A DNA stretch of 64,000 bases. Origin: Eledone cirrhosa. Taxonomy: Eukaryota. Made by a program: the position numbers and the translations under genes. The stretch covers positions 73,160,001-73,224,000 of the forward strand of contig OZ024744.1 of the NCBI GenBank assembly GCA_964016885.1, in the 5' to 3' direction. This document shows positions 11,366 to 23,754 of this stretch, piece by piece. Position 1 is the stretch's first letter. Each line of letters starts with the position of its first letter. The notes under the pieces are model-generated. The model had not been told where the DNA came from. It worked only from the letters and a program-made list of their open reading frames with translations, and searched no databases.

Positions 11366-14300
11366 TGGGGATTATTTTCTTTGTTTTTTGTGCCTCTCCT
11401 TTGTTCTGTGCTAGGCCATCTCGTTTTTGCGTGTGTGTTGTGTGCTTAGTTTGCGCATGTGTTACATCCGGGTGTCTGTGTGTGTTTATATTCGTTTATT
11501 TATTTGTTTATTTACATGTTACTGGTTGGTTGTTTGTTCTATGTGTGTGTGTGTTTTCATTTTGTCCTTAATTGTAAGTTGTGATGTTGCTGTTCCACTC
11601 ATGTTTTCTATTTAATTTTGGTTGTAATTCATTTATGTTTATTGCCTCTGTGATTTGTCTAAACATTGCGTCTTTTCTGTGTGTAGATTCTATTTTTATT
11701 TCTATGTTCTCTAATTTACCCTTATGTTCTATTTTAGCATGTTGGTAGAATACAGATGATTCTTTAATATCTTGAAGGTCTTGCCAGTGTTCATTTATCC
11801 GTTCCCCTATACTACGAGCTGTCTCACCTATGTACACTATATTTTTATCTCTACAGGGAGGTCTTTGAAAAGGGTATGTCTTGCTAATAAGTGTTTTTAT
11901 GGAGGTACCTGGTCTTTCTACTATCTTAATATTGAGTTTATGTTTATCTAGGGCCCTTCTAAATTTATAAGCTAATTCACCTCTAGGGGTTGTATCGATG
12001 AACATTACACTCTGGTATTTATTGCTATCATACCATGAGTTTATTCTATTAGCCTTATTCCTAGTTCTTTCTATTCTATTCCAAAATTTGCTCCTATACA
12101 AGGGGCAGGTCCCATTTGTGTCATTATTTACCATTTTTTCCCATTTGGTTCTGGCTCCTCTATACACTCTGATTTTATCTATCTGATTGTAACCAGAGAA
12201 CTGCATACGGTGGATGAAGTGTTGTATGTGTCTCTCTAGTTCTTCGGGGATGCACATGCGGGAAACGTTTCTCGTCACCCGTACCAAATCCGCAATCAGT
12301 ATGTTGATTTTGGTATGGTCTGAAACAGCTGAGTTTCGGTGGATCAGATATTTGGAAGTCATGGGTTTGGCATAATGGGAATGGAGGATTTGTTTTTTAT
12401 TATTAATGGTATCTAACTAGAACTCTGTGTCTAGTACAGGTAATCGATGGTTGGGGTGTTTGCTTGGGTAGTCTATAGTAACTCTAATACTCTGCTGGAT
12501 GGAGTTAGCTATTTGCTGGATGCTTTCCATTGTGTTTTTCTCTAATTCCTGACTGTTCTCTAGTGAGGGTGTTTTAACTACGATGTTTATATCATCAACG
12601 TAGCGGGAGTACATTATCAGGGTTAAGGGGTCTTCTAATTGTTCTTTAAGTTTAAATTTAAGTCTACTGTCCCACCATACCATGAATAGGTTAGCTATGT
12701 CGCCTGCAATGCTAACACCAATGGCTGCTCCCTCCTCTTGGGCATATGTTTTTCCATTAAATTTGAACATATGTTCCTTAAGGGTTAATTTTATGCTTGC
12801 ACCCACTGCATGTGCAATCATTTTCTTTAGTTCATCGTGGTTTTCTGGGGTCCGTATGGCTCTGGTCCACCCGTTCCATCTATCTGTGTGGGTTTTCTTG
12901 GCCATTGAGGTAATGGTAGGTGGTCTTCCTCTTGCTGGTCTTGTAGGGCACAGGTTGCTAAGATCATATGTGTCTAGATAATTATTACTATAGGTAAGTT
13001 TAAGTAGGAGTCCCAGCTCACTGGTATCAATCCCACGGAATCAACATTGCTCTCACTGATCATTTCTACGCATTTCTCCACAGCAAAATCCACGTCAATA
13101 GATGGATACAGGGACACAACATCCATACTACCTATTATGCAGTTTGTTAGGTCCCTAGATCGGTTACTCTCGCCGATTCTGCTGAGGAGGTCCTCCGTGT
13201 TGTCACATACATCTGGGGACATTTCAATGATGGGGCGTATGATCAGGGAGAGGAAGTAGGACAGTCTGTAGTTACTAGCAATGTTAGCTCCACAGACTGG
13301 CCGTGTTCGTGGTCATGTGACAGGGTCATTGCTCGTTTTATGGTCTTTTCGAAGCCCATACAACGCTGGCACGTCATTGTTCCAGGCCTGGAAGTTGTTG
13401 GCAGTCCTTTTGTTGGGCTGCATTATATTTGTCCACATCATCATATGGGCATTGAGGGCTTTTTCTCTATCCTCATGCTCTTGTGGTGTTGCTTCTCTTG
13501 TGTTAGTGGTGTGGAGTTGCATTGCCTGGATGTAGTTTGGCAGACTGTCAACCGACATTCTTCCAGACTTGTCTGTTGGAAAGCATGCTATTTCTCCATT
13601 GCGCGAGCGCTGCATGAGCTTACACAAGCCATTTGCAGATTTTTCTCCCAGTTGCTGGGCCTCCATTCTATTATGCTTCTTGCTATACTGTTCTATAATA
13701 TTTCTAAGTTTAGATCTAGCTATACTAAATTGTGCTTCTGTTTGTTCATCGACCTGCGACGGCAATTGCGTGCGTTTGTTAAAAGCTAAAGTCGTGGCGT
13801 GGACGCGTCGCAGGTCGAACAACTTATCGGAGGGATTATAAAAGTAGAGTTCCAGACTGCTGCTTTATGTGTACTAGTGCTATTGTTAGTTGTGTTGTTT
13901 CTATTTCTATTTCCATCAACAGCCTCATGGTTGTTTCTATGTCTCTCATTATTACTCCTGTCTCTTTCCTCTGGCTCATTGTTATTATCTACTCTATTTT
14001 GTGTGTCTGTGTGTTCGTCTTGGTTATTTTCTCTGTCCATAGTCTACCTTCTCCTTTCAATCCTATTACCTTCCCTTATTTCTGTGCTACAGTCATTACC
14101 TGTTTTCTGTGTCTGTGTGTTTGTTAAGATTGTGGTGGTGGTGAGAGGCTTTGAATGCGTGTGTTGTTGTTGTTGTTGTTGATGTGTGCTGTTGTTGATG
14201 TGTGTTGCTGTTGTTGTTGTTGTGTGTGTTGTTATTGTTGTTTGTGTCTGCGTGTCTGTTGTTGTTTCTGAGTATGTTATTATTGCTGATGTGTGTGTTG

Positions 14301-14916
14301 TTGTTATTGTTGTTTGTGTCTGTGTGTCTGTTGTTGTTGGGATGTGTGTTGTATATGTGTGTGTGTGCGCGTATGTTGTTACTTTTGTTTTTGTTTTTGA
14401 GGCTCCAACGTAATTTTGTAAATGATTTTTTCTATTTTTGACAAGCATTTAATCATATTTACCTTATTAAATTTGGCATACTTAGTCGGCAGTTGTAATA
14501 CAGATAATTCAAGATAGTAAAGAATCATCTGTACTCTACCAACATGCTAAAATAGAACATAAGGATAAATTAGAGAACATAAAAATAAAAATAGAATCTA
14601 CACACAGAAAAGACGCAATGTTTAGACAAATCACAGAGGCAATAAACATAAATGAATTACAACCAAAATTAAATAGAAAACATGAGTGGAACAGCAACAT
14701 CACAACTTACAATTAAGGACAAAATGAAAACACATACACACATAGAACAAACAACCAACCAGTAACATGTAAATAAACAAATAAATAAACGAATATAAAT
14801 ACACACAGACACCCGGATGTAACACATGCACAAACTAAACACACAACACACAAAAAAACAAGATGGCCTAGCACAGAACAAAGGAGAGGCACAAAAAACA
14901 AAGAAAAGAATCCTCA

Positions 14917-14959
14917 GTCACTGAAGAGGTCACAGAATGTGTGGCAAAAGAACTTTGAC
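14917..14959 (+). ncRNA. Hammerhead copy in inverted pLTR, probably inactive (GAAA to AAAA)
   Basis: GTCA-CTGAAGA-GGTCACA...TGTGGC-AAAA-GAAC-TT-TGAC. Confidence 0.65.
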
Positions 14960-15213
14960 AATATATAAACAACCATCTGGTTGTGGAACCAACTAACCGG
15001 AAATTTATAAATTCCTAAATTGAAGTGAAAGCAACTGGTGCGTGTGTTTCTTATTGGCAACATGACCCTCCCAAAGTATAACAATATCGGTTTCAACACA
15101 CGTTTTCAGATAAAGAATCTTGCTAAACAAATTCAGAAACGAAATATATATATATATATATATATATAGTGACGAAACATAAGTCAATTGCATGGACTCA
15201 TAATCCTTTATTT

Positions 15214-15269
15214 ACTGCTATATATATTTCGATAATAGCCATTGAATGGCTATGACCTCATCAGGCAGT
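15214..15269 (-). ncRNA. Minimal type I hammerhead ribozyme
   Basis: ACTGC-CTGATGA-GGTCATAGCCATT-C-AATGGCTATTATC-GAAA-TATATA-TA-GCAGT. Confidence 0.88.
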
Positions 15270-15807
15270 TAGTCAGTTCTTAGATATGCCAGCTCTGTGT
15301 TTATAGTGTTGATGGTATCAGAGCCTTGGGGCATATGAGCTTGTTAGGAATAATTTAATGTTGTCAGCAGGAATAGTCTTAATTCTCATTGGTCAGTTTG
15401 TAGATGCTAGTATGGTTGGTACTTGACCTCAAAGAAGCAGGTGGTGTTGTAAAGTTCAAACCGTCAGGCAAGATGACAATAGTTCCATATGATTGATTTT
15501 CACAAAAAGCATTCCTGGTCAAATATATATTCAATTAAGGTTAATAGTATGAAATAGATACTACAGGTCATTCTTAAATTGAGGAATTTATGTGGAGTGG
15601 TGCTACTGAAAATTATGGTTAGAGTAGAAAATTTACAAATAAAAAGACTTATGTAGGTTGGGTTGCGTGTACACTCACACCCACTTCCACAGACTCATAC
15701 ACACATCTACACATACAAATTGAGGAATTAATGAATTAATGTGGGGTGGCAATACTTAAAATAATGGTTAGAGTCAAATACTTAAATAGTTTAGAAAATT
15801 TAGAAAC

Positions 15808-15959
<152 letters not shown>

Positions 15960-16008
15960 GAGCGGAGCAAGCAATTATCAAACAATCTTTTAAATAAATT
16001 AAAAAACG

Positions 16009-16045
<37 letters not shown>

Positions 16046-16372
16046 CATGTTAGTAGTTAGAGCATTGGCCTTGCAATCGAAACGTTGTGAGTTCAATTCT
16101 CAGACTGGCTGATGTGTTGTTTCCTTGAGCAAGACACTTTATTTCACATTGCTCCAGTTTACTCAGCTGTAGAAATGAGATGATAGGACTGGGTTCCCTA
16201 TCATTCCACTGCAAAGTAGTCGTCGTGTTGCCATGGCAAAAAAGCACCCAGCACTCATTGTAAATGAGGTTGGTGTTAGGAAGGGCATCCCGCTGTAGGA
16301 ATCAAGCCACAATCAGTTCCCATCCCACCCTTGCAAGCAGGGAAAAGCGGACGTAAAAATGATGATGATGAT
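16046..16372 (+). mobile_element. tRNA-derived SINE family B (CORE-like centre, RTE-derived tail)
   Basis: GTTCAATTC B box, CCTTGAGCAAGACACTT core, GTTGGTGTTAGGAAGGGCATCC...GACGTAAAAATGATGATG tail shared with the RTE 3' end; inverse copy at 36538-36870. Confidence 0.8.
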
Positions 16373-16994
16373 ATATATTATTCAGTTGATGAAAGTACGT
16401 TGATCAAATAATCTACCGACTTTTTCATAAACGCAAGTAAAGCACTCAACTGTTTGTATTCCTTAGGATTTTCTCTGTAAGGTATCAACTGGAGTTTTAG
16501 TATAATGAAGATATACGAATAAAATCGTCTCTTTTATTTGATTCTCTTATATATATATGTGTGTGTGTGTGTGTGCATATATTTATGTATGTATCATCAT
16601 CATCATCATCATCGTTTAATGTCTATCTTCCATGCTAGCATGGGTTATATATGTATGTATGAGCAAGAAAGATGGAAAACAAACTTACTACATTTGATTT
16701 TAATTTTAAATATTTAATTTTTAGGTTTTAACTTCTATTAATTCTTTTTAATTTTTTATTTCAATACTCAATAAGATGAATTTTAATAATACATCGAAAC
16801 CGGTAATACTTTATATACTTTATATACATTATAAAACTTTTTTTTAAAAGACTTGTCCTTCTCATTTTTTCAATAATGTCACTTTAACGAATCAAAGAAA
16901 GGATAAAAAAAGAAAAACAGACCCTTAAATATATTTTCCGTGCTATTTCCAACTTCACCTTTTTTCTCTATATATGTATATATATATATATATA

Positions 16995-17330
16995 TAAATC
17001 AAGAAAGAAGAGTGACATAGTTTGCTATACAATAAGGGCTTTATTCACATTGCTGACAATTGTTTCTCTGAACTGGTAGGTCTAGAGATCGCTACCCGCC
17101 TGTTTTTGCGTCAATCGATCAACAATACTTTGTTATAACCAGTCAATTCATCAGAGCATGCGAGAATGCTCTGATGAATTGACTGGTTATAACAAAGTAT
17201 TGGTGTTCGATTGACGCAAAAACAGGCGGGTAGCGATCTCTAGACCTACCAGTTCAGAGAAACAATTGTCAGCAATGTGAATAAAGCCCTTATTGTATAG
17301 CAAACCATGTCACTCTTCTTTCTTGATTTA
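16995..17330. repeat. ~165-bp-arm inverted repeat carrying a hammerhead on each strand
   Basis: Arms 16995-17159 and 17166-17330, 6-nt loop, few mismatches. Confidence 0.95.
17167..17274 (+). ncRNA. Type I hammerhead with ~80-nt stem II region (mirror copy 17051-17158, minus strand)
   Basis: TGCT-CTGATGA-ATTGACTGGT...ACCAGTTCAGA-GAAA-CAATTG-TC-AGCA; GUC site, palindromic stem III, first stem II pair is an A.A mismatch. Confidence 0.72.
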
Positions 17331-17897
17331 TTATTACTCCAAGTGTAAACTACATAGAAATCACCGCGTACTCGCAGCATCATTATGGAAACGTCTTGTT
17401 GAGTCAAACTTAGCCAAGCGTTAATACTATCCACTACTCGGAGTACCTTAACTGGAATACATCTAAGTGGACTACCTATAACAATAATTTGTTATTCCGT
17501 ATATATATATATATTATAAAATGAAGGTGGCCTCACGGACTACCAACTGCTAACTTTTGGCCACCTTCTCATCTTGCGCATTTCTCTCTTCTTTTCAGCC
17601 CCTTGGATTGTGTCTATAATTATATTCCTTTGTTGGATAAATTTCGGAATACCTGATGTCACCGTATTCATACTGAACCCAGTCATTGAAATATTCATAG
17701 TACAATAAACCTTTAAGGAATTACACCAGTCCAGCCTCCTGTTATTTTATAATAATTAACTCCATACTTGCACTAGCAACAGCACAAACTAAGATGGGTG
17801 AGTTACATAATTCGAGTGCTCTCCCTAATATTACATTAAGGTTGACTATACAGAATGACCAGTTCTATCCAGTGGTGAACCAACAAACTCAAATGTT

Positions 17898-18007
<110 letters not shown>

Positions 18008-18152
18008 ACCAAATGTTAAACAAGGTTCATTGATTATTCAATGAATATAGTTTTACAATAGATTAAAAGCACTCAACACAGAAGTTTTCTGGAGTTATTA
18101 ATATTATTCAATATATTAATAAATGGATGCATTCACATAATCAAAATATATA

Positions 18153-18209
18153 TTTTATTATATATATTTCGGAGGTACTATTTCTTCAGTACGTCCTCAT
18201 CAGATAAAA
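18153..18209 (-). ncRNA. Minimal type I hammerhead ribozyme
   Basis: TTTTAT-CTGATGA-GGACGTACT-GAAGAAAT-AGTACCTCC-GAAA-TATATA-TA-ATAAAA. Confidence 0.9.
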
Positions 18210-18322
18210 TACATAAATTGATGCATGACATACCTCAACTGTGCTGATGGTTCAATTCCAGTCTTGGCAGTATATATGTACACACATATATATATATATA
18301 TGTGTGTGTGTGTATATGTATG

Positions 18323-18358
<36 letters not shown>

Positions 18359-18615
18359 CACACACACACATATATATATATTTAGAAACACACAGATACA
18401 TGCGGACACACACATATATACATGAATGCATCCGCACCCAACTGTGAGTTAAGGGTGCCAACTTCACCGATGTTGCTCAATGAATGACCGGGACAGACCA
18501 ATTCAGTTTGAACCAGACTGAACCAGTATCAGAGTTAAAAATACATTATGAAGAGAGAAGAAACATTTAGATATAATTAGTAATAAAATGTATCATACCT
18601 AAACTGTTCCTAAGT

Positions 18616-18703
18616 TCCTCGACTACGTAGTTTCGTGGCATAAACAAAAACAATATATCAAAGATATAGAGTCCTTGCGAGGTCTGCCGACTTATCAAGA
18701 GGA
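18616..18703 (-). ncRNA. Type I hammerhead, U3-A8 covariant core
   Basis: TCCTC-TTGATAA-GT(C)GGCA...TGCCAC-GAAA-CTACGTAG-TC-GAGGA. Confidence 0.78.
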
Positions 18704-19210
18704 TACCTCATTTTACTAGTCTCAAGAACGCGTCTACACGACGTGAGAAAGAATCCCAAAAGGCGGAGGGGGAGATAGTCACGCGATATAACGGTCGAGA
18801 AACAGAGCTAAGCCTCTTATAACCACGAAGAAAATACCACGGAGGCGGAGGGGGTATTCATATCGAGGCCGTAGAAGAGGTAGTGAAGAAGGCGAGAAGT
18901 ATGAGTAATGGAAGCTTTCCAGTTGTCCCCACACTTCAAAGATTGCTCGACCAGAGGGAGTTATTAATATATTTAGAAACACACAGATACATGCGGACAC
19001 ACATATATATATATACATGAATGCATCCGCACCCAACTGTGAGTTAAGGGTGCCAACTTCACCGATGTTGCTCAATGAATGACCGGGACAGACCAATTCA
19101 GTTTGAACCAGACTGAACCAGTATCAGAGTTAAAAATACATTATGAAGAGAGAAGAAACATTTAGATATAATTAGTAATAAAATGTATCATACCTAAACT
19201 GTTCCTAAGT

Positions 19211-19298
19211 TCCTCGACTACGTAGTTTCGTGGCATAAACAAAAACAATATATCAAAGATATAGAGTCCTTGCGAGGTCTGCCGACTTATCAAGAGGA
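19211..19298 (-). ncRNA. Type I hammerhead, U3-A8 covariant core (second unit)
   Basis: Identical to 18616-18703, 595 bp away. Confidence 0.78.
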
Positions 19299-19777
19299 TA
19301 CCTCATTTTACTAGTCTCAAGAACGCGTCTACACGACGTGAGAAAGAATCCCAAAAGGCGGAGGGGGAGATAGTCACGCGATATAACGGTCGAGAAACAG
19401 AGCTAAGCCTCTTATAACCACGAAGAAAATACCACGGAGGCGGAGGGGGTATTCATATCGAGGCCGTAGAAGAGGTAGTGAAGAAGGCGAGAAGTATGAG
19501 TAATGGAAGCTTTCCAGTTGTCCCCACACTTCAAAGATTGCTCGACCAGAGGGAGTTATTAATATATTTAGAAACACACAGATACATGCGGACACACACA
19601 TATATACATGAATGCATCCGCACCCAACTGTGAGTTAAGGGTGCCAACTTCACCGATGTTGCTCAATGAATGACCGGGACAGACCAATTCAGTTTGAACC
19701 AGACTGAACCAGTATCAGAGTTAAAAATACATTATGAAGAGAGAAGAAACATTTAGATATAATTAGTAATAAAATGT

Positions 19778-19807
<30 letters not shown>

Positions 19808-19808
<1 letters not shown>

Positions 19809-20165
19809 CGTTTCTGAATTTGTTTAGCAAGATTCTTTATCTGAAAACGTGTGTTGAAACCAATATTGTTATACTTTCGGAGAGTCATGTTGCCAATAAG
19901 AAACACACGCACCAGTTGCTTTCACTTCAATTTATTATAATAAATTTATAAATTTAGGAATTTATAAATTTCCGGTTGGTTGGTTGGTTCCACAACCAGA
20001 TGATTGTTCATATATTGTCAAAGTTCTTTCGTCACACATTCTGTGACCTCTTCAGTGACTGGGGATTCTTTTCTTTGTTTTTGTGCCTCTCCTTTGTTCT
20101 GTTCTACGCCATCTTGTTTCACACAAAAACAAGATGGCGTAGGACAGAACAAAGGAGAGGCATAT
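19808..20165 (-). mobile_element. Solo Penelope pLTR fragment with hammerhead (20017-20059) and short inverted end
   Basis: Matches 11215-11430 and 14860-15145; intact CTGAAGA/GAAA core; 20082-20119 inverted at 20128-20163. Confidence 0.85.
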
Positions 20166-21059
20166 ATATATATGTATATATATATGTATGCATATATATG
20201 TATGTGTGTGTGTGTATGTGTGTCTGTGTGTGAGAGACAGTCTCTGTGCTCACACTCATTTCTACAAATTTAGATGCACACCTCTTATTTGTGTTTATAT
20301 ATATATAATGTATTATATTCAAAGTTTTTTTCCCCTTCAATTTTAGACCTAGTTCCATGAATACTTCTTAAGTAATCTCACTGCTATATTTATAGTGTTT
20401 ATTTAGGATTTACGACATGAAGCAAGTTTGTAATCCTCATATTCCGCACAAAAGTTCCTAGACCATTTCCATTAGTTTCAACATTTTGATTTATTATAAA
20501 TGGACATCCATTTCTGCCAACCTAGACAAGGAATGTTCTGATATAAAGTTCTCCTAAAATACTATAGCCAGCTATATTGACCACCAGCGTAACATCCAAA
20601 AAGGTTTTAACTCACTCAGAAAAATAATCTTACCAGATTAAACCAAATTGTCTGTTATGGAAATTTAAGAGCCAAATGGAAGCAACAATATATATATTTA
20701 ATTTTGGATGTATAAGTGAACACATGGAAATGGAATCTCCAGCATATTTTCTTATATATTGAACAACTGAAGTAAAGCAATGTTGTAACAACAGACAATG
20801 GTAAACTAAGATTTCTTGTTTCTTGTTTATTGTTTTTTGAGGATCTTAGTTTATTTAAATCTTTTTTTTCTTTACTTATATAATTTTATAATATATAGCT
20901 ATCAATATATTGTGCAATGTTGTGGATATATATCATTATACATTGATTATATCATGTGAAATAGCATTACAAAGCTTGTTTGTGTAATATGGAATATTAT
21001 CAAAATTAGTTTTATGTAATTCAAATCAGTTTGACAGATTTTAGGGGTTGGTGCCTGCT

Positions 21060-21484
21060 TTAACCCTTTAGTATTTAAACTCACCGTATCCAGCAAGAAT
21101 TCTCTCACCTCTCTCTGTTCAAACTGGTTGTAACTAGCCACTCAAACCAACATTAAGGTATTGTTCTTAAAATAAATATCATCAAAATCCCGTTGATTTG
21201 ATAGTATGTGAGATAATTATGTGAGATAAAGCTTTTACCCCAAAAATATAATAGTATATATAGAGTAATGTAAATGCTAAAGGGTTAAATCGGCCATATC
21301 TGGGCAGAATTCTCTGACCTCATTCTGTTCAAACTGGCCGTAACCAGCTGCTCATACCAATATTAAGGTATTGTTCTCAAAATAAATATCAAAATCTCAT
21401 AGATTTGATATTATGTGACATGAAGCTATTTCTGTGAAAATACAATAATATTGTATATAGAGTAATGTAAAGGCTAAAGGGTTA
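21060..21484. mobile_element. Two tandem TTAA-MITE copies
   Basis: TTAACCCTTTAGTATTTA...TAAATGCTAAAGGGTTAA (21060-21288), then a 5'-clipped second copy. Confidence 0.8.
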
Positions 21485-21814
21485 GGAGAATATATATCTT
21501 TTCAACATTGGCTTCCCATCCATGACATAAAATATTATACATTGAAAATTAAATTTTAATAATTTATAAATTTTAATTAAGTATTAATTGAATAACTAAA
21601 AGTGATAGTTTTATGAGCAACTACCAATATGTATTCTTTACACTTTACATTTCTCACCACCTATTGCCATACAATGACCTCCCCCTCAACCCCTTCCCTT
21701 GCAGTGTCCTTGAAACTCTCAGTACTCTAACATGAGAGTCAAACACACTTTCCAAATCATAGATTTAAATTATTAGTATATAACATTGATGTAACTTCTG
21801 CTAATTTATATAAC

Positions 21815-23632
21815 TTATGGTAGTAACTGTTTAATGTTAGTGTTGGTTTAACATTAGTATGGTACTAACTGTTTAATGTTAGTGTTGGTATAGTAGACAT
21901 TAGTATGGTACAAAATGTTTAATGTTAGTGTTGGTGTAGGAGATATTAGTATGGTACTAACTGTTTAAAGTTAGTGTTGGTGAAGTAGACATTAGTATGG
22001 TACTAAATGTTTAATGTTAGTGTTGGTGTAGGAGATAGAGATATTAGTATGGTACTAACTGTTTAATGTTAGTATTGGTGTAAGAGATATTAGTATGGTA
22101 GTAACTGTTTAATGTTAGTGTTGGTGTAGTAGACATTAGTATGGTACTAACTGTTTAATGTTAGTGTTGGTGCAGTAGACATTAGTATGGTAGTAACTGT
22201 TTAATGTTAGTGTTGGTGCAGTAGACATTAGTATGGTAGTAACTGTTTAATGTTACTGTTGGTGTAGTAGACAATAGTGTGGTACTAACTGTTTAATGTT
22301 AGTGTTGGTGTAGTAGACAATAGTGTGGTACTAACTGTTTAATGTTACTGTTGGTGTAGTAGACATTAGTATGGTAGTAACTGTTTAATGTTAGTGTTGG
22401 TGTAGTAGACATTAGTATGGTAGTAACTGTTTAATGTTAGTGTTGGTGTAGTAGATATTAGTATGGTACTAACTGTTTAATGTTACTGTTGGTGTAGTAG
22501 ACGATAGTGTGGTACTAACTGTTTAATGTTAGTGTTGGTGTAGTAGACATTAGTATGGTAGTAACTGTTTAATGTTAGTGTTGGTGTAGTAGACATTAGT
22601 GTGGTACTAACTGTTTAATGTTAGTGTTGGTGAAGTAGACATTAGTATGGTACTAACTGTTTAATGTTAGTGTTGGTGTAGTAGACATTAGTATGGTACT
22701 AACTGTTTAATGTTAGTGTTGGTGTAGTAGACATTAGTGTGGTACTAACTGTTTAATGTTACTGTTGGTGTAGTAGACATTAGTATAGTAGTAACTGTTT
22801 AATGTTAGTGTTGGTGCAGTAGACATTAGTGTGGTACTAACTGTTTAATGTTAGTGTTGGTGTAGTAGACATTAGTGTGGTACTAACTGTTTAATGTTAG
22901 TGTTGGTGAAGTAGACATTAGTATGGTAGTAACTGTTTAATGTTACTGTTGGTGTAGTAGACATTAGTATAGTAGTAACTGTTTAATGTTAGTGTTGGTG
23001 CAGTAGACATTAGTGTGGTACTAACTGTTTAATGTTAGTGTTGGTGTAGTAGACATTAGTATGGTACTAACTGTTTAATGTTACTGTTGGTGTAGTAGAC
23101 ATTAGTGTGGTACTAACTGTTTAATGTTACTGTTGGTGTAGTAGACATTAGTATAGTAGTAACTGTTTAATGTTAGTGTTGGTGTAGTAGACATTAGTAT
23201 GGTACTAACTGTTTAATGTTAGTGTTGGTGTAGTAGACATTAGTATGGTACTAACTGTTTAATGTTAGTGTTGGTGTAGTAGACATTAGTGTGGTACTAA
23301 CTGTTTAATGTTACTGTTGGTGTAGTAGACATTAGTATAGTAGTAACTGTTTAATGTTAGTGTTGGTGTAGTAGACATTAGTATGGTACTAACTGTTTAA
23401 TGTTAGTGTTGGTGTAGTAGACATTAGTGTGGTACTAACTGTTTAATGTTACTGTTGGTGTAGTAGACATTAGTATGGTACTAACTGTTTAATGTTAGTG
23501 TTGGTGCAGTAGACATTAGTGTGGTACTAACTGTTTAATGTTAGTGTTGGTGTAGTAGACATTAGTGTGGTACTAACTGTTTAATGTTAGTGTTGGTGTA
23601 GTAGACATTAGTATGGTACTAAATGTTTAATA
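21815..23632. repeat. 46-bp minisatellite, about 39 units
   Basis: Unit AGTAGACATTAGTATGGTACTAACTGTTTAATGTTAGTGTTGGTGT; period 46 (22131 to 22177); no spacers. Confidence 0.97.
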
Positions 23633-23754
23633 TTAAAGCAGTATAAATTAGGTTGTCCTCATCTGTTCATCTGGGACTCTTGCCTTACAACACCCTAGAA
23701 ACCTTCTTGTGTTATGCAACATCATTGAAGACACAGGTTTAAAACATACAAAAG

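Larger units (their letters stand above)
11210..15090 (-). mobile_element. Penelope-like element (RT + GIY-YIG, disrupted) with inverted pseudo-LTR
   Basis: PTDKSG, LYGLRKDHK, GSMDVVSLYPSID, GAAIGVSIAGDIANLFM, YSRYVDDI, VYIGETARSIGERINEH, ITEAININELQPKLN; 11215-11778 recurs inverted at 14507-15085. Confidence 0.93.
18375..19783 (-). repeat. ~591-595-bp near-identical tandem repeat (~2.4 units) with one hammerhead per full unit
   Basis: TTTAGAAACACACAG recurs at 18381, 18972 and 19567; both ends lie in (TA)n. Confidence 0.95.

Noticed and set aside
16995-17330. Integrated viroid or obelisk genome
   Set aside because: The two ribozymes are mirror copies from a DNA-level inversion, not distinct plus and minus HHRs; PLE fold-back is the simpler explanation
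18779-19096. 105-aa ORF in the 595-bp repeat as an encoded protein
   Set aside because: It crosses a variable microsatellite that changes its frame between units and has no known motif
21815-23632. CRISPR-like regular repeat array
   Set aside because: Units are contiguous with no unique spacers, there are no cas genes and the context is eukaryotic; the same applies to the 26.2-kb and 40.2-kb arrays
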